From assembly GCA_016784445.1 (NCBI GenBank), contig JADHUR010000004.1, positions 1 through 37,889 of the forward strand: a stretch of DNA of 37,889 nt, read 5' to 3'. This document shows, one piece after another, positions 1 through 10,119 of this stretch. Made by a program: the position numbers and the translations under genes. The stretch is from Patescibacteria group bacterium. GTDB taxonomy: Bacteria > Patescibacteriota > Patescibacteriia > UBA1558. Under the pieces are notes generated by a model. It had not been told where the DNA came from. It searched no databases and was given only the letters and a program-made list of their open reading frames with translations. Numbering within the stretch: the stretch's first letter is position 1; every line of letters begins with the position of its first letter.

Positions 1-104
1 CCATAATTCCAATAAAATTGATTAAATGGATATAATAAAACAACGGCACATAAAATACCTGTTATAAGTCTTAATTTGCCTTTAATTGCTTGTTTTTCTC
101 CCAT
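1..104 (-). CDS. 5' part of a small membrane protein (runs off the window edge)
   Basis: ATG at 104 preceded by AAGGGAG; reads MGEKQAIKGKLRLITGILCAVVLLYPFNQFYWNY, open to position 1, with a hydrophobic stretch. Confidence 0.55.
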   Translation of the reverse strand, partial: MGEKQAIKGKLRLITGILCAVVLLYPFNQFYWNY

Positions 105-138
105 TTATTTACTCCCTTATTAAACCATATCTAACCAT

Positions 139-173
139 AAAAAAAGAACCTTGTCAACTATGCGACAAGGTTC
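139..173 (-). terminator. intrinsic terminator downstream of the GH114-like gene
   Basis: perfect 10-bp inverted repeat GAACCTTGTC/GACAAGGTTC followed by a U-tract on the minus strand. Confidence 0.75.
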
Positions 174-187
174 CTGTTTACTTCTTG

Positions 188-1117
188 CTAATCATCCATT
201 ATCAACCAATACTGATCTGATAATGTTTGATATCGCTCTCCTAATGAACTATATGGCGTCAAACTTGGCAACATGCCATCAGACAACGCCCTATTCACAC
301 ATACTGCCGACTCATGAGCGCTATTATTTTTAACCATGTCGCAGGTTAATAATAATAAGTTTTTCTCTGGTGGCAAGTTTGCACGAATTTGTTGAGCTCT
401 TTCTACTTCAGAATTGCCCCAATTCGATCTAGGTTGCGTATACAGCTCTCCAGTATTTATATCAGCCATATACTGCTCGAAAATAGCTCCGTCAATATAC
501 TGATATATATCTGGCAATAAATCACCCGGCTCATTCACAAGGATTGCCAAATTCGGATAAGTCTCGCGAATCCGCTTAGCCAATTGGACTGCAGCTTGAC
601 GATATTCAAGTCTATTACCTAGATGCAAGGAAATATTCCCAAATGTGTCTAGCATAAGACCGCGTCCGCCATGATCCATTGTCCATGGAATAGCTTTGTT
701 TACAATCAAGTCTTGCCATTCCTGCTTACGAATATCTATAATCCAAGCACCTGGATAGTCTGGATTATCAAACAGACGATAAGTCTCGTCAATTTCATCA
801 AGCCAGTCATAATGTCGACGATGACCCTCTCCAGCTTCAGCAACTGCCAAATATTGAAGAACGATAGGCTGTTTAATTTTTGGCTGAGACCAATCCATCC
901 AACCTACAACCACCATATCATAACGGTTGAGCTCGGAAACTATATCATTCGCCTTATAAGGTCCATAATATGTTACCCAATTTTCGACAGCTGACAAATC
1001 CGCTTTGGGCTGTTTCCGCCAGTCAATCTCCTTCTTGGCAACTGACAACCACGTACAGCTTGATAACAATAAGAACAAGGCCCCTAATGATAGCCAATGC
1101 ATTATTTTTACTTTCAA
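188..1117 (-). CDS. lipoprotein, endo-alpha-1,4-polygalactosaminidase-like glycoside hydrolase (GH114/GH166, PelA/TM1410-like TIM barrel)
   Basis: lipobox LLLSSC; motifs WVTYYG, YDMVVV, NPDYPGAWIIDIRKQEWQ, GLMLDT and IDGAIFE typical of this family; GGAGG before the TTG start. Confidence 0.75.
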   Translation of the reverse strand: MKVKIMHWLSLGALFLLLSSCTWLSVAKKEIDWRKQPKADLSAVENWVTYYGPYKANDIVSELNRYDMVVVGWMDWSQPKIKQPIVLQYLAVAEAGEGHRRHYDWLDEIDETYRLFDNPDYPGAWIIDIRKQEWQDLIVNKAIPWTMDHGGRGLMLDTFGNISLHLGNRLEYRQAAVQLAKRIRETYPNLAILVNEPGDLLPDIYQYIDGAIFEQYMADINTGELYTQPRSNWGNSEVERAQQIRANLPPEKNLLLLTCDMVKNNSAHESAVCVNRALSDGMLPSLTPYSSLGERYQTLSDQYWLIMDD

Positions 1118-1156
1118 GGTTCTTTCCTCCTGTTTTTGTTTTCATTTAAACTTAGC

Positions 1157-1199
1157 AAAAGAAAAAAGACTCGTCAAGGATTATCCTCAACGAGTCTTT
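1157..1199 (-). terminator. intrinsic terminator
   Basis: AAAGACTCGT/ACGAGTCTTT stem with inner AGGAT/ATCCT stem; U-rich tail on the minus strand. Confidence 0.7.
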
Positions 1200-1210
1200 C
1201 GGTTTTGTAG

Positions 1211-1996
1211 TTATCGAAATTGACCATCTACATAGCTGTAAAACAGATTATATTGGTCTTTTTCATTCTTCCTGATATCAGTGGATTTAAAGACATACTC
1301 GAGTCCAGCGCTATCAATAAGCTTAACTGAACCCAAACCTTCTGAAACTACCTTATCCAAGAACTTATCAGCAACACGGCCATTTACAGGTAAATCCAGA
1401 CCCTCCTGAACAGGAAATGCACCAACACCATTTGTAATAGGCTGCTGATTTATTGTCCAGCTAGTCGTTGGACCCCAAACATGACCACTACCTGAATACC
1501 CCTCAACCACAATCTTCATTTTACCTATTGGTGGTTGCTCTGCCTTAGCAGTAGATGCCGATGATTTACTTAGAGATTCTTGCTTCGAAGATGTAGATGG
1601 AGCTACGACTCGCTCGATTACAACTTCTCGAACCGGCGCCGGAGTAGACACTTGTTTCTTAAGTTCCTTAATTTCTCGAGATAAAGCATCTAGCTTTTTC
1701 CCAACATCATTGGATTCCTTTTTGACACGTGCCTGGGTCTTGCCCGCGGTCTCTTCAACAACCTCTTTGACTTCAGCGAATTCAGGCTTCAATTCCGTTT
1801 CAACAGCTCTTGCTGTGGCCCGGTTTTGATCAGAACCAGATTCATGTTCAATCTTCTGCTCAGCCGCGTTTTTCTGCCTTTGCAGCTCTGCCATCTGATC
1901 ATCAACTGACTGATAATTGTAGGTGTGCTCTTTTTTATCACAGCCCACAATCAGCATCACTGCAAAAAGCAATGTCAATAATACTCTTGTCTTCAT
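1211..1996 (-). CDS. hypothetical lipoprotein with coiled-coil and Ser-rich linker
   Basis: 261-aa ORF; lipobox LIVGC; GAGGAGG SD; charged helical N-half, low-complexity linker, beta-rich C-terminal domain. Confidence 0.75.
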   Translation of the reverse strand: MKTRVLLTLLFAVMLIVGCDKKEHTYNYQSVDDQMAELQRQKNAAEQKIEHESGSDQNRATARAVETELKPEFAEVKEVVEETAGKTQARVKKESNDVGKKLDALSREIKELKKQVSTPAPVREVVIERVVAPSTSSKQESLSKSSASTAKAEQPPIGKMKIVVEGYSGSGHVWGPTTSWTINQQPITNGVGAFPVQEGLDLPVNGRVADKFLDKVVSEGLGSVKLIDSAGLEYVFKSTDIRKNEKDQYNLFYSYVDGQFR

Positions 1997-2006
1997 GTTG
2001 TCCTCC

Positions 2007-3053
2007 TCAAGGATTGAAATTTAATGTTGCGATGACATTGCTCGAATCTTGAACAATGTTACTGTTTACTATTTGAAACTCAAACCAATATTGGCTTGAA
2101 TCACGCTCCACTAAATGATGAAGTTCTGTATTCAAAACAACAACATTAGTAAATTGCGGCGTGCCGTCTGCCTCAACCCGCAAATAAATCAACGAGTCAG
2201 AAGGTAGCACAACTTGACGAGTCCATTCTCCAGCCTGGTCGACAAGTTCATAGAACCTGTCTCCCAAATTGTCAGAAATCATCAATTCCACTCTATCAAC
2301 TCCAGAAGTATCAGACCACCCCACCTCATAACTACCAGACAACGAGTCCAATAATGTTATGTGTGTTGAGTCAACAACTTCAAAACGAATATGACTTCCG
2401 CTAATATCGTAGATTACAACATCTCCGATACTGACTGAATCTACACTCGACCCCCACCAATCATACTTATGGTTTCCCGGCAAAGTAGTGAGGTTGAGGT
2501 GATAATGATTCAGATCAGAATTCCATGGAATTGAACGATTGTCAAAATCCGTACCCGTTCCATTGAAGTAATATGAACCTCCCTGGGGCGCATAAACTCC
2601 AATCGGAATCACAACAGTGTCGGCCAAATTGTTTAGTTCTTGAACGAAATTACCAGAAAGATTAACGTCTCCCCAAAACCACGGTCCCTGATTCTCAGCC
2701 AAGGTCCAATGAGTTGGCTCGACATCGCCAATGGTAAATCCAGTGAAATAAACTACGCCATCACTGCTAACGCGACCTTTGTAAGAACTGTTTTCACTTA
2801 CTATTGTCACTATCTGCAATGTGTCAGAAAACTGAACTTCCTGATACACGGTACCAGTACTATCAGCATTCAGCCACATATTGGATTTAAACCAAGCGCT
2901 GTCAGGAATTGACTTACTTAGCATTAATGACAGAATGGGGCTTGTTTCTAAATCTGGCAAAGAGCTCGGTCCGGTCAGGTTGTCTTCCCATGATTTGGAA
3001 CAACCTCCCAACGCCAACACAACTGCCAAAAGTGTTATCATCATCTTTTTCAT
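2007..3053 (-). CDS. hypothetical lipoprotein, beta-rich (possibly tandem Ig-like or carbohydrate-binding domains)
   Basis: 348-aa ORF; lipobox LALGGC; AGGAGG SD; rich in Ser/Thr/Asp/Trp. Confidence 0.75.
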   Translation of the reverse strand: MKKMMITLLAVVLALGGCSKSWEDNLTGPSSLPDLETSPILSLMLSKSIPDSAWFKSNMWLNADSTGTVYQEVQFSDTLQIVTIVSENSSYKGRVSSDGVVYFTGFTIGDVEPTHWTLAENQGPWFWGDVNLSGNFVQELNNLADTVVIPIGVYAPQGGSYYFNGTGTDFDNRSIPWNSDLNHYHLNLTTLPGNHKYDWWGSSVDSVSIGDVVIYDISGSHIRFEVVDSTHITLLDSLSGSYEVGWSDTSGVDRVELMISDNLGDRFYELVDQAGEWTRQVVLPSDSLIYLRVEADGTPQFTNVVVLNTELHHLVERDSSQYWFEFQIVNSNIVQDSSNVIATLNFNP

Positions 3054-3062
3054 GCTTTCCTC

Positions 3063-4169
3063 CTAGAAGAGTTTGGCGTTAACGGTTAATGATAGATGCT
3101 TTTCTTTCGTGACTTCATAATCACCAAGCATCCCAGATTTCTTCTGTAATTGGCCGTAGCGAAGCTCCAACCAATGACCAGAAATACTTGTAGCTATCAA
3201 CAAACTACCAGGTTTATCCCTGGTAATGGTTTCCCAGTCACTATCATTCTCCCAACGACCGCCAATAATAGGCTCAACGCCTATGAATAACTTTGGCGCT
3301 TTGTTTGGAGAATAAAGAATCTGCAACCTATCTTCACTATAACCCCACTCACCTGTACTCGGCTGGGTCTGATAGTTTGTAAAGGCTAGTCTAAAAAGAC
3401 CAACCGAAGACCTTGGAGAGATCCAGGACGTTTTGCTGTACAGTGACCATTTCTGATCATAATCTGCTGATTCAGGCCAATATTGGCTAAAGCTAGCATA
3501 CGACTCTAGTCGCAGCCAATCCGAACCAAACAGCCTTACCTGCCAATACTCTGCCAGACGAATTCTAGTAGCATTATAACTATCTACCAATCCATTATCT
3601 GCAGACTTTTGCAGTGAGCTTAGTCCAAAACCAGGACGAAGTTCAAAGTAACCAGGAATAATCCCAAGATGAATCTTCACGTCTGTATACAAACCCATTT
3701 TGGTTCGTAAGCTTGATTCATCACCATAGGAGTCCCAATAGCTAGCTTGAAACTTTACAGCCAACTTATCACCGAATGCTTCGGGTAAACCGTAAATTTC
3801 GGACTGGCTAGAAGCCTGAACTTTATTTGGTCTTTCCAGTTCTGAACGACTGGTCCAATACCAATCATTTCGATGCGTCATCAAATAATAACTAGTATTA
3901 TCATGATCTACGCGCCAAATATTCACATCATAACCGCTAGGTAATACCGGATACTTCACAAATTCCTTTGTAACAGTATTGTATCCTGCATCTACAGTTT
4001 GTGCATAAGACGCAATTGAAGTTTGATTAACAGTTTGTGTTACTCGTGCCATTTCCCTTGCAACAGGATCTGGCCAGTTAAAACCGTCAATTACTTCAAT
4101 CGGAGCTTGACCCAAGGTTATTGCACAAGGCAAAACCAGGACCATAAAAATTCTTGCTAAAGTCTTCAT
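3063..4169 (-). CDS. secreted protein, putative transmembrane beta-barrel
   Basis: 368 aa; signal peptide; alternating amphipathic strands rich in W/Y/F; C-terminus LSLTVNAKLF ends in Phe; AAGGAGGAGG SD. Confidence 0.6.
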   Translation of the reverse strand: MKTLARIFMVLVLPCAITLGQAPIEVIDGFNWPDPVAREMARVTQTVNQTSIASYAQTVDAGYNTVTKEFVKYPVLPSGYDVNIWRVDHDNTSYYLMTHRNDWYWTSRSELERPNKVQASSQSEIYGLPEAFGDKLAVKFQASYWDSYGDESSLRTKMGLYTDVKIHLGIIPGYFELRPGFGLSSLQKSADNGLVDSYNATRIRLAEYWQVRLFGSDWLRLESYASFSQYWPESADYDQKWSLYSKTSWISPRSSVGLFRLAFTNYQTQPSTGEWGYSEDRLQILYSPNKAPKLFIGVEPIIGGRWENDSDWETITRDKPGSLLIATSISGHWLELRYGQLQKKSGMLGDYEVTKEKHLSLTVNAKLF

Positions 4170-4219
4170 GACCTCCTCCTTGTTTTAGTTTTATATTGTC
4201 AACGTGCCGAGTAGAAAAT

Positions 4220-4912
4220 CTACTCTTTTGGTGTTAGATAGCTATTCGCTGATCCCTCTTGAATATCTGCCTGAGGCACATATTCGCCAGACATCTGATT
4301 TTCTGTAGATTTATGCTTACCTGGTTTCAGATAGACATAAACAAAACTAATCACCAAACCAATTAATAATGCAGCCAGTGCATTAAGTAACAAATTAGGC
4401 CTTACCGGATAATTTGATACTATTGGTTCATCGACTAATTTTATTTCTAATTGATCACCACCACCATGATACTGCGACCCTCTCTCTACAAGTACATAAA
4501 TCATAGCTTGGACTAATTTCTCAACACTTACTCTATCTGTGTGATAAGTATTAACTTGAATTAAGGATGTTTGTGGTATTTGATTCAGATCGACTCTCTT
4601 TGCCCACATCTTTCGTCTTTCTTTTGCAGTTTCACCCCAATCTGTTCCGATATTAAAACCTGCCTGCCATACTTCATCGAAAAAGGAACTACTATAAACA
4701 ACCTCAGATAATACTTTACCTACTTTTTCTGCAGATTTTGCAGCTAAATATGCGTCAAGCGACAATGATTGATGTTGTATAATAAGTAGCTTAGTTTGAG
4801 CACGATACTGTTGTGGCATAAACAATGAAACAACTACTACAAGCACAATAACGCTTAATGTTATTTTATATATTAAATTTTTGTGTAATCTTAGCCTTTT
4901 TATTTGTGTCAT
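4220..4912 (-). CDS. Wzz/CapA(YveK)-like polysaccharide chain-length determinant
   Basis: two TM helices flanking a loop; PQQYRAQTKLLI after TM1 and VDEP...PVRPNLLLN before TM2. Confidence 0.75.
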   Translation of the reverse strand: MTQIKRLRLHKNLIYKITLSVIVLVVVVSLFMPQQYRAQTKLLIIQHQSLSLDAYLAAKSAEKVGKVLSEVVYSSSFFDEVWQAGFNIGTDWGETAKERRKMWAKRVDLNQIPQTSLIQVNTYHTDRVSVEKLVQAMIYVLVERGSQYHGGGDQLEIKLVDEPIVSNYPVRPNLLLNALAALLIGLVISFVYVYLKPGKHKSTENQMSGEYVPQADIQEGSANSYLTPKE

Positions 4913-4944
4913 ATTTACTCTAATTTGCTTATATGTGAAGAGTT

Positions 4945-4974
4945 ATATTAACACTATAATTACGTCATTGTCAA
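4945..4974 (-). promoter_or_regulatory. sigma70-type promoter for the wzz-like gene
   Basis: TTGACA-18 nt-TAATAT with TG extension on the minus strand. Confidence 0.5.
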
Positions 4975-4990
4975 GACTAATGTAGGAATA

Positions 4991-6817
4991 TTATGGTCTT
5001 AATTCTATATCTGATTTAATAGCCATATTTAAGGTCTTATTTTTAAATAATGTAACAGATAAATTATCATCCATTCCTGCTTGTCTTTGGTAGGTAAAAC
5101 TATAACTCTCAAGCATATTATCTGGTAATCTATATTGCATAATTAATTCTCCCGTATCTCCAGGTTCAATTGCAATAAATGATCCAAATACTGTCTTGCC
5201 CTTCTCTTTATATATATCTACATTACCAGGTTCTATAGTTCTATCATCTGCCATTGTACCCGACCAAGATATTAAAACAGAACTTTCAGGTACATAAAGT
5301 CTAGTATATGTTCTATACCTAGTTGTATCCCATGAAAAATTTCCAGAATGATCGTAATTAATTTTTACAGTAGCAATAATATAATCTTTACCTACGGGAT
5401 TATTAATTCTCTGCACGTGATAATCTATACTTCTATCTATATATTGATTAGTCTTATATGCTGCCATATTACTATCTACAACCATTAAATAATCTTTATT
5501 TACTTCTCTTAATTCACCTGCCCACTTCTTATCTATTAAATACTCTTGAGTAGAATAATCTAATGAATAAATTTGAATATCCTTACTATCTAAATTATTA
5601 TATATAATATCTACAACGCTAAACATTCTATCAAGTGGTAGGCTTGAGAATTCACTTACCAGTATATTTGCGAGCTCTGAAATAATATCTTTTCTATCCC
5701 AATGACTAGCACCTCTTGCTTCATAATTTTGCTCAACCTCATACTGTAATATATTTGTAAAATTATCTGGCTCATACAAAACATTTTCTAAAATAATATC
5801 CCCCGTAATTGTTAAAAAGTCACTAATAACATTTGGGGATATAGCCATCACTCCATCTATATTTTCACTACCTCCCTCTAATCTATAAAATTCTATAGCT
5901 TTCTCTGCTGAGGTAGGAAAATCTGGAAACCAATTACTATCTCGCATATACCAATATTTTACTCCTAAATATTTGCGCACTGGTAATGGCGGATCAATCT
6001 CAAGCTCTCCAATAACTTCACTATCTAAATGATAAATATCATCAATGAATAGATTCTTAACTTTACCATTGTGTATAGTTAATATTCCATAATTACCAAT
6101 AAATCCACCCGTTGCCCTTATTTCATGATCATTCTGTAATAGTAAAAGATAAGTTGTTTCTTCAGGATAGCCAAGTAATGAAGGTCCAATATCTATCAAT
6201 TCATTCATTTTACTTAAAATTATAGCAAATGCATTAATACCCTCTCCCATCTTTGTCATTGTTTCTTTCTGAGATCTTAAAAGCCATGCATTACTCAAGC
6301 TATCTATATCCTTAGAAAGCATACTTAGATTATCCTCCATATTCTCAAGTACTATAGATACTCTACTTATCTTCAAGTTTAAATCTTCAGGCTCAACACT
6401 TAATAAATAAGATGTAATAGATTTACCATCCGTACCATTATCATAAATATCTGCAAGCTCATCATTTAAGAGATTCAAATTAAAGAATATTTGTTCCCCC
6501 TGATCAAAGCCATCTCTAATATCATAATAAACCCCTCTAAAACCTGGGATAAGTCTTACAAATCTTAATCTATTCAGCTGATCTTTAATATCTCCAATGA
6601 TAGCTCTAGCCACCATTAATTTCTCAGACTTAAGTTCTGGACTAGTACTATTGAAATCATCTGCCATTGTCACTACAATATCACCAAGCTCATCCAATTG
6701 CCAAACAACATAGCGAAGAGTCCATAGACTATAGAAAGTAAGGACAAACAAAACAACAATTATACTTAATATAATTACTAATTTATTACTCTTTTTCTTC
6801 TTTTTAAAACTAAACAT
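4991..6817 (-). CDS. DUF4012 domain membrane-anchored protein
   Basis: N-terminal TM; motifs YLLLLQNDHEIRATGGFIG, MRDSNWFPDFPTSA, IDGVMAI, YTRLYVP. Confidence 0.85.
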   Translation of the reverse strand: MFSFKKKKKSNKLVIILSIIVVLFVLTFYSLWTLRYVVWQLDELGDIVVTMADDFNSTSPELKSEKLMVARAIIGDIKDQLNRLRFVRLIPGFRGVYYDIRDGFDQGEQIFFNLNLLNDELADIYDNGTDGKSITSYLLSVEPEDLNLKISRVSIVLENMEDNLSMLSKDIDSLSNAWLLRSQKETMTKMGEGINAFAIILSKMNELIDIGPSLLGYPEETTYLLLLQNDHEIRATGGFIGNYGILTIHNGKVKNLFIDDIYHLDSEVIGELEIDPPLPVRKYLGVKYWYMRDSNWFPDFPTSAEKAIEFYRLEGGSENIDGVMAISPNVISDFLTITGDIILENVLYEPDNFTNILQYEVEQNYEARGASHWDRKDIISELANILVSEFSSLPLDRMFSVVDIIYNNLDSKDIQIYSLDYSTQEYLIDKKWAGELREVNKDYLMVVDSNMAAYKTNQYIDRSIDYHVQRINNPVGKDYIIATVKINYDHSGNFSWDTTRYRTYTRLYVPESSVLISWSGTMADDRTIEPGNVDIYKEKGKTVFGSFIAIEPGDTGELIMQYRLPDNMLESYSFTYQRQAGMDDNLSVTLFKNKTLNMAIKSDIELRP

Positions 6818-6856
6818 AGCACCTTCAAGTTAATACAAAATACGGTAAAAGTCAAT

Positions 6857-6879
6857 AAAAAAATCGGGCCAACCCGATT
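6857..6879 (-). terminator. intrinsic terminator of the ABC operon
   Basis: AATCGGG-ccaa-CCCGATT hairpin with U-tract on the minus strand. Confidence 0.65.
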
Positions 6880-6904
6880 AATAAAAAAATATAATATTGA
6901 TAAA

Positions 6905-7828
6905 TTACTTTTCTAAAAACTCAATCTTCTTCTCCATATTTTCTGCAATATACTTAGATAATATATATACATTATCATCACCTTCTCTTACTACATAATA
7001 ATCATAATCTCCTTCTTCTTTCTCATGATACCAATATGCTAATTTATAAATATTAGTATCAGTTGTTGATGCTTCTAATATAAAGCTAGCGTCTTCTTGC
7101 TTTAAATCCCAAGCCTTTATATCTGCAATATCTATTGCTTCTAAATTATTTAAATTACTTAATACTGTACTAATTTTTGTCTCTTCAATATCTAAACTTC
7201 TAGGAGACACAACTTTCCACTGCTCTTCTTCTTTTATAATTTCAAGTCCATTACTCCATTTTAAACTACTAATTAAATTACTACTCAGCTGTATAATAGT
7301 CATATTTCTCCATTCAGGAATGCCAAATATTTGAGATAGCATATCTCTTACTAAATATACTTCATCTTCTCCTTGGAAACGAATATATGAACTTGGCCAT
7401 GAAGGACCATTCTTACCTACAATAAAATCTTGAATAATCTTATCACCAGATTTCATTACAACCTTAATTCCAGTTTCTCCAACCTCATAAATATTCTGCT
7501 TAGCTGGATTACTTGAAACAATATCATTTACTTCTAAATCTTCTAAAGCAGTAAACACTGCTGTAATATTCTCAGGCTTTACTAATTGATTATTATAATT
7601 AGCAAGTACCCATTGATCTGACTGTAATGCTAATATATTAGTTTCATCACTAATTATAATTTCAATAGTATCTACTCTCTTCTCAATATTATTAAAAGAC
7701 TTATCTGACCTATCTAAATTTACAATTAGAATAACAATTGCAGCTAATATTATTAAAACAACCAACACTATTCCTAGAACAATATTGGTTTTAACAACCT
7801 TCTTCTTATCTTCTCCTTTAGATAACAT
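6905..7828 (-). CDS. DUF4340 domain protein (usual partner of GldG-like ABC systems)
   Basis: N-terminal TM; IVGKNGP..SYIRFQGEDEVYLV motif with a second copy YYVVREGDDNVYIL; start moved from 7885 to the ATG at 7828 that overlaps the upstream gene end. Confidence 0.75.
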   Translation of the reverse strand: MLSKGEDKKKVVKTNIVLGIVLVVLIILAAIVILIVNLDRSDKSFNNIEKRVDTIEIIISDETNILALQSDQWVLANYNNQLVKPENITAVFTALEDLEVNDIVSSNPAKQNIYEVGETGIKVVMKSGDKIIQDFIVGKNGPSWPSSYIRFQGEDEVYLVRDMLSQIFGIPEWRNMTIIQLSSNLISSLKWSNGLEIIKEEEQWKVVSPRSLDIEETKISTVLSNLNNLEAIDIADIKAWDLKQEDASFILEASTTDTNIYKLAYWYHEKEEGDYDYYVVREGDDNVYILSKYIAENMEKKIEFLEK

Positions 7829-9395
7829 CTCTTCTAGATTCCTTTCTACGAATATATGAACGAATAAAACCGTATATAATAACAATTAATGTTGGTAATA
7901 ATATATTTATATATTTAACAAGCTGTCTTATGGCAAAAGACATTTCAGAAAGTGGCCTGTCTGTCACAGATTTAGACCTAATCATAATTAAATCCATATC
8001 TTGTGTTAAACCATCTACCAAATTAGAAAAGAAAACTAAATTCTCTCCATTTTGTCTTAAAAATGAATCTGTAGCAAAATCTGCATCACCTACAACAATT
8101 AATCTTGAATCTACACTACTAGCTATATTGTCTGCAGATTGCTCAGCACCAAGCTCTGGTATATCTTTACCAGTAAAATAACTAGCGAAAGCACCAAACT
8201 TAGCTGCCGCTAATGTAAATTGTGACTTCTCACTGTCTGGTGCGACAAATCTTTGCTGAGGATCTAAATTATAGCTCTCCGTCTGATTCCAAGCTTGTTC
8301 TGTTGTTCTAATAAGATCAAAAATAGTAGTTCCTTCAGAAGACTCACCCAATACTTCTATAGAACTTACCCAAGGAAACATTACAGACTCCAAACGATTA
8401 ACAAGTACTGAGTCTGGATTCATATACTGCCCCACTGATTTAACAAAGAATGGATATTGAGTCATAAATTGAACATAACCAGATGAGAAACTAGCCATGC
8501 CATTAGATATGTCTAATACTAAATCTGTATTAATTTTCATACCATAACTTTCAAGTAATCTCTCAAGTCCTGTTGAAAGTGGGGTTACCTGCAATCCTTC
8601 ACTAAGTTCTGTACCATCCAGTAATGCTAAAACACTACCACCTCTCATTAAGAACTGATCAATAATATATAGGTCTGTATCTGTAAAGCTTGTCTTAGGT
8701 CCCGCAATTATTAATGTTTTTATTTCACCTGCAATAAATTCACCTGTAGATAAATCTTGTTCAACTACTTCATATTGCTTTGCTAAATACTCTGCAACAG
8801 ATTTAAAGTCTACTTCCTTACTAAGCTCATCATGACCTGTGGCAAAGGCAACTGTTAGACTTTCCTCACTCGTTGCTTTCTTGATGGCATTAGTTAGCTC
8901 ATATTCTAAAGTAGCTGTATCTTGTACAACTGGAATTATCTCTTTATTATCTTCATATAAAACAGCTATACCTAAATAGCCATTAGATACTTCATACTTA
9001 TCTTGTTCAATTGTAGAAAATTGTACTGGAGGTATTCCCAAGCTCATAACCTCTTGCTCTAAATCTTTATCGCCAGATGGATCAATAAAATTAACTGAAA
9101 TTTTACCACCTGAATAATTTACATATTCATCTAATATATCCTCCACTTGTTGCTTTAAAGGAATAAGTCTACCAGGTAATTCTTTTGTAAAATATGCATT
9201 AACTGTAACAATATCATCTAATTCTTTAACAATGGTCTTTGTTGTTTTAGATATAGAAAAATCTTTACCTTCTGTCATATCTAAACGAACATTAATAAAT
9301 ACAGATAAAATATTAACTACAATTAAAATACCAAGTACTATTAGTATCTGTACTGTATTACTCGCTTTATAGAATTGTTTTTTATTAAACTTCAT
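7818..9395 (-). CDS. GldG-family ABC transporter auxiliary component
   Basis: RLDMTEGKDFSIS, FIDP, LEYELTNAI, GHDE, LIIAGPK, DQFLMRGG, RLIVVGDADF; N- and C-terminal TM helices. Confidence 0.85.
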   Translation of the reverse strand: MKFNKKQFYKASNTVQILIVLGILIVVNILSVFINVRLDMTEGKDFSISKTTKTIVKELDDIVTVNAYFTKELPGRLIPLKQQVEDILDEYVNYSGGKISVNFIDPSGDKDLEQEVMSLGIPPVQFSTIEQDKYEVSNGYLGIAVLYEDNKEIIPVVQDTATLEYELTNAIKKATSEESLTVAFATGHDELSKEVDFKSVAEYLAKQYEVVEQDLSTGEFIAGEIKTLIIAGPKTSFTDTDLYIIDQFLMRGGSVLALLDGTELSEGLQVTPLSTGLERLLESYGMKINTDLVLDISNGMASFSSGYVQFMTQYPFFVKSVGQYMNPDSVLVNRLESVMFPWVSSIEVLGESSEGTTIFDLIRTTEQAWNQTESYNLDPQQRFVAPDSEKSQFTLAAAKFGAFASYFTGKDIPELGAEQSADNIASSVDSRLIVVGDADFATDSFLRQNGENLVFFSNLVDGLTQDMDLIMIRSKSVTDRPLSEMSFAIRQLVKYINILLPTLIVIIYGFIRSYIRRKESRRDVI

Positions 9396-9396
9396 A

Positions 9397-10119
9397 TTAT
9401 TTCCAATGTCTAGAGGATAATGATCTTGTATTTAAAAACAGGAAGAATGCAATAAAGGTTACATAATATATAACATCTCTTGAATCTAGTACTCCTTTCG
9501 CAATATTTGCAAAATGTGAACCAAGGCCAATAAAACTTAAAATCTTAGCAAGCCACAAGCTTACACTATCTACTACCATATTGCTTCCAATTATGAAGAA
9601 TATGAAACTTGCAACAATAGCAAGTAAAAAAGCTACAATTTGATTCCTAGTAAGTGATGAAATATATAGTCCTAGAGATAAATAAGCTGCTCCTAAGAAT
9701 AGGGCTCCTAAATAACCACCAATAACTGGTCCAATATCAAGTGGTCCCATTATTGCTACTGTAATAGGTAATGTTAGAGATAATAGTAAATTTACACCCA
9801 AAAATGCTAATGAAGATAAAAACTTACCCATTACTACTTCACTATCTTTAACGGGTAATGTTAATAATACTTCAATTGTTCCAGATCTCTTTTCTTCTGA
9901 CCACAATCTCATTGTAATAGCTGGAGTTAGGAATAAGAATATCCAAGGTAATAATGATAAATAACCACGAATAGTAGCCTGTCCTAATAAAAAGAAATCT
10001 TGAAAGAAAAGCCACATAGAAACAACTAAAAAGACACCAATAAAAATATATGCTATTGGTGAATTAAAATAGGTTACAAATTCCTTCTTCAATATTGCTT
10101 TAATAGTTTGCCACCTCAT
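9397..10119 (-). CDS. ABC-2 type permease (GldF-like)
   Basis: KKEFVTYFNSPIAY, PAITMRLWSEEKRSGTIEVLLTLP, SSLTRNQIVA; multiple TM helices. Confidence 0.88.
   Translation of the reverse strand: MRWQTIKAILKKEFVTYFNSPIAYIFIGVFLVVSMWLFFQDFFLLGQATIRGYLSLLPWIFLFLTPAITMRLWSEEKRSGTIEVLLTLPVKDSEVVMGKFLSSLAFLGVNLLLSLTLPITVAIMGPLDIGPVIGGYLGALFLGAAYLSLGLYISSLTRNQIVAFLLAIVASFIFFIIGSNMVVDSVSLWLAKILSFIGLGSHFANIAKGVLDSRDVIYYVTFIAFFLFLNTRSLSSRHWK

Noticed and set aside
4197-4202. TTGACA as a -35 element for the lipoprotein island
   Set aside because: No -10 element at 16-18 nt (that position falls in the SD); treated as part of a boxA-like word instead
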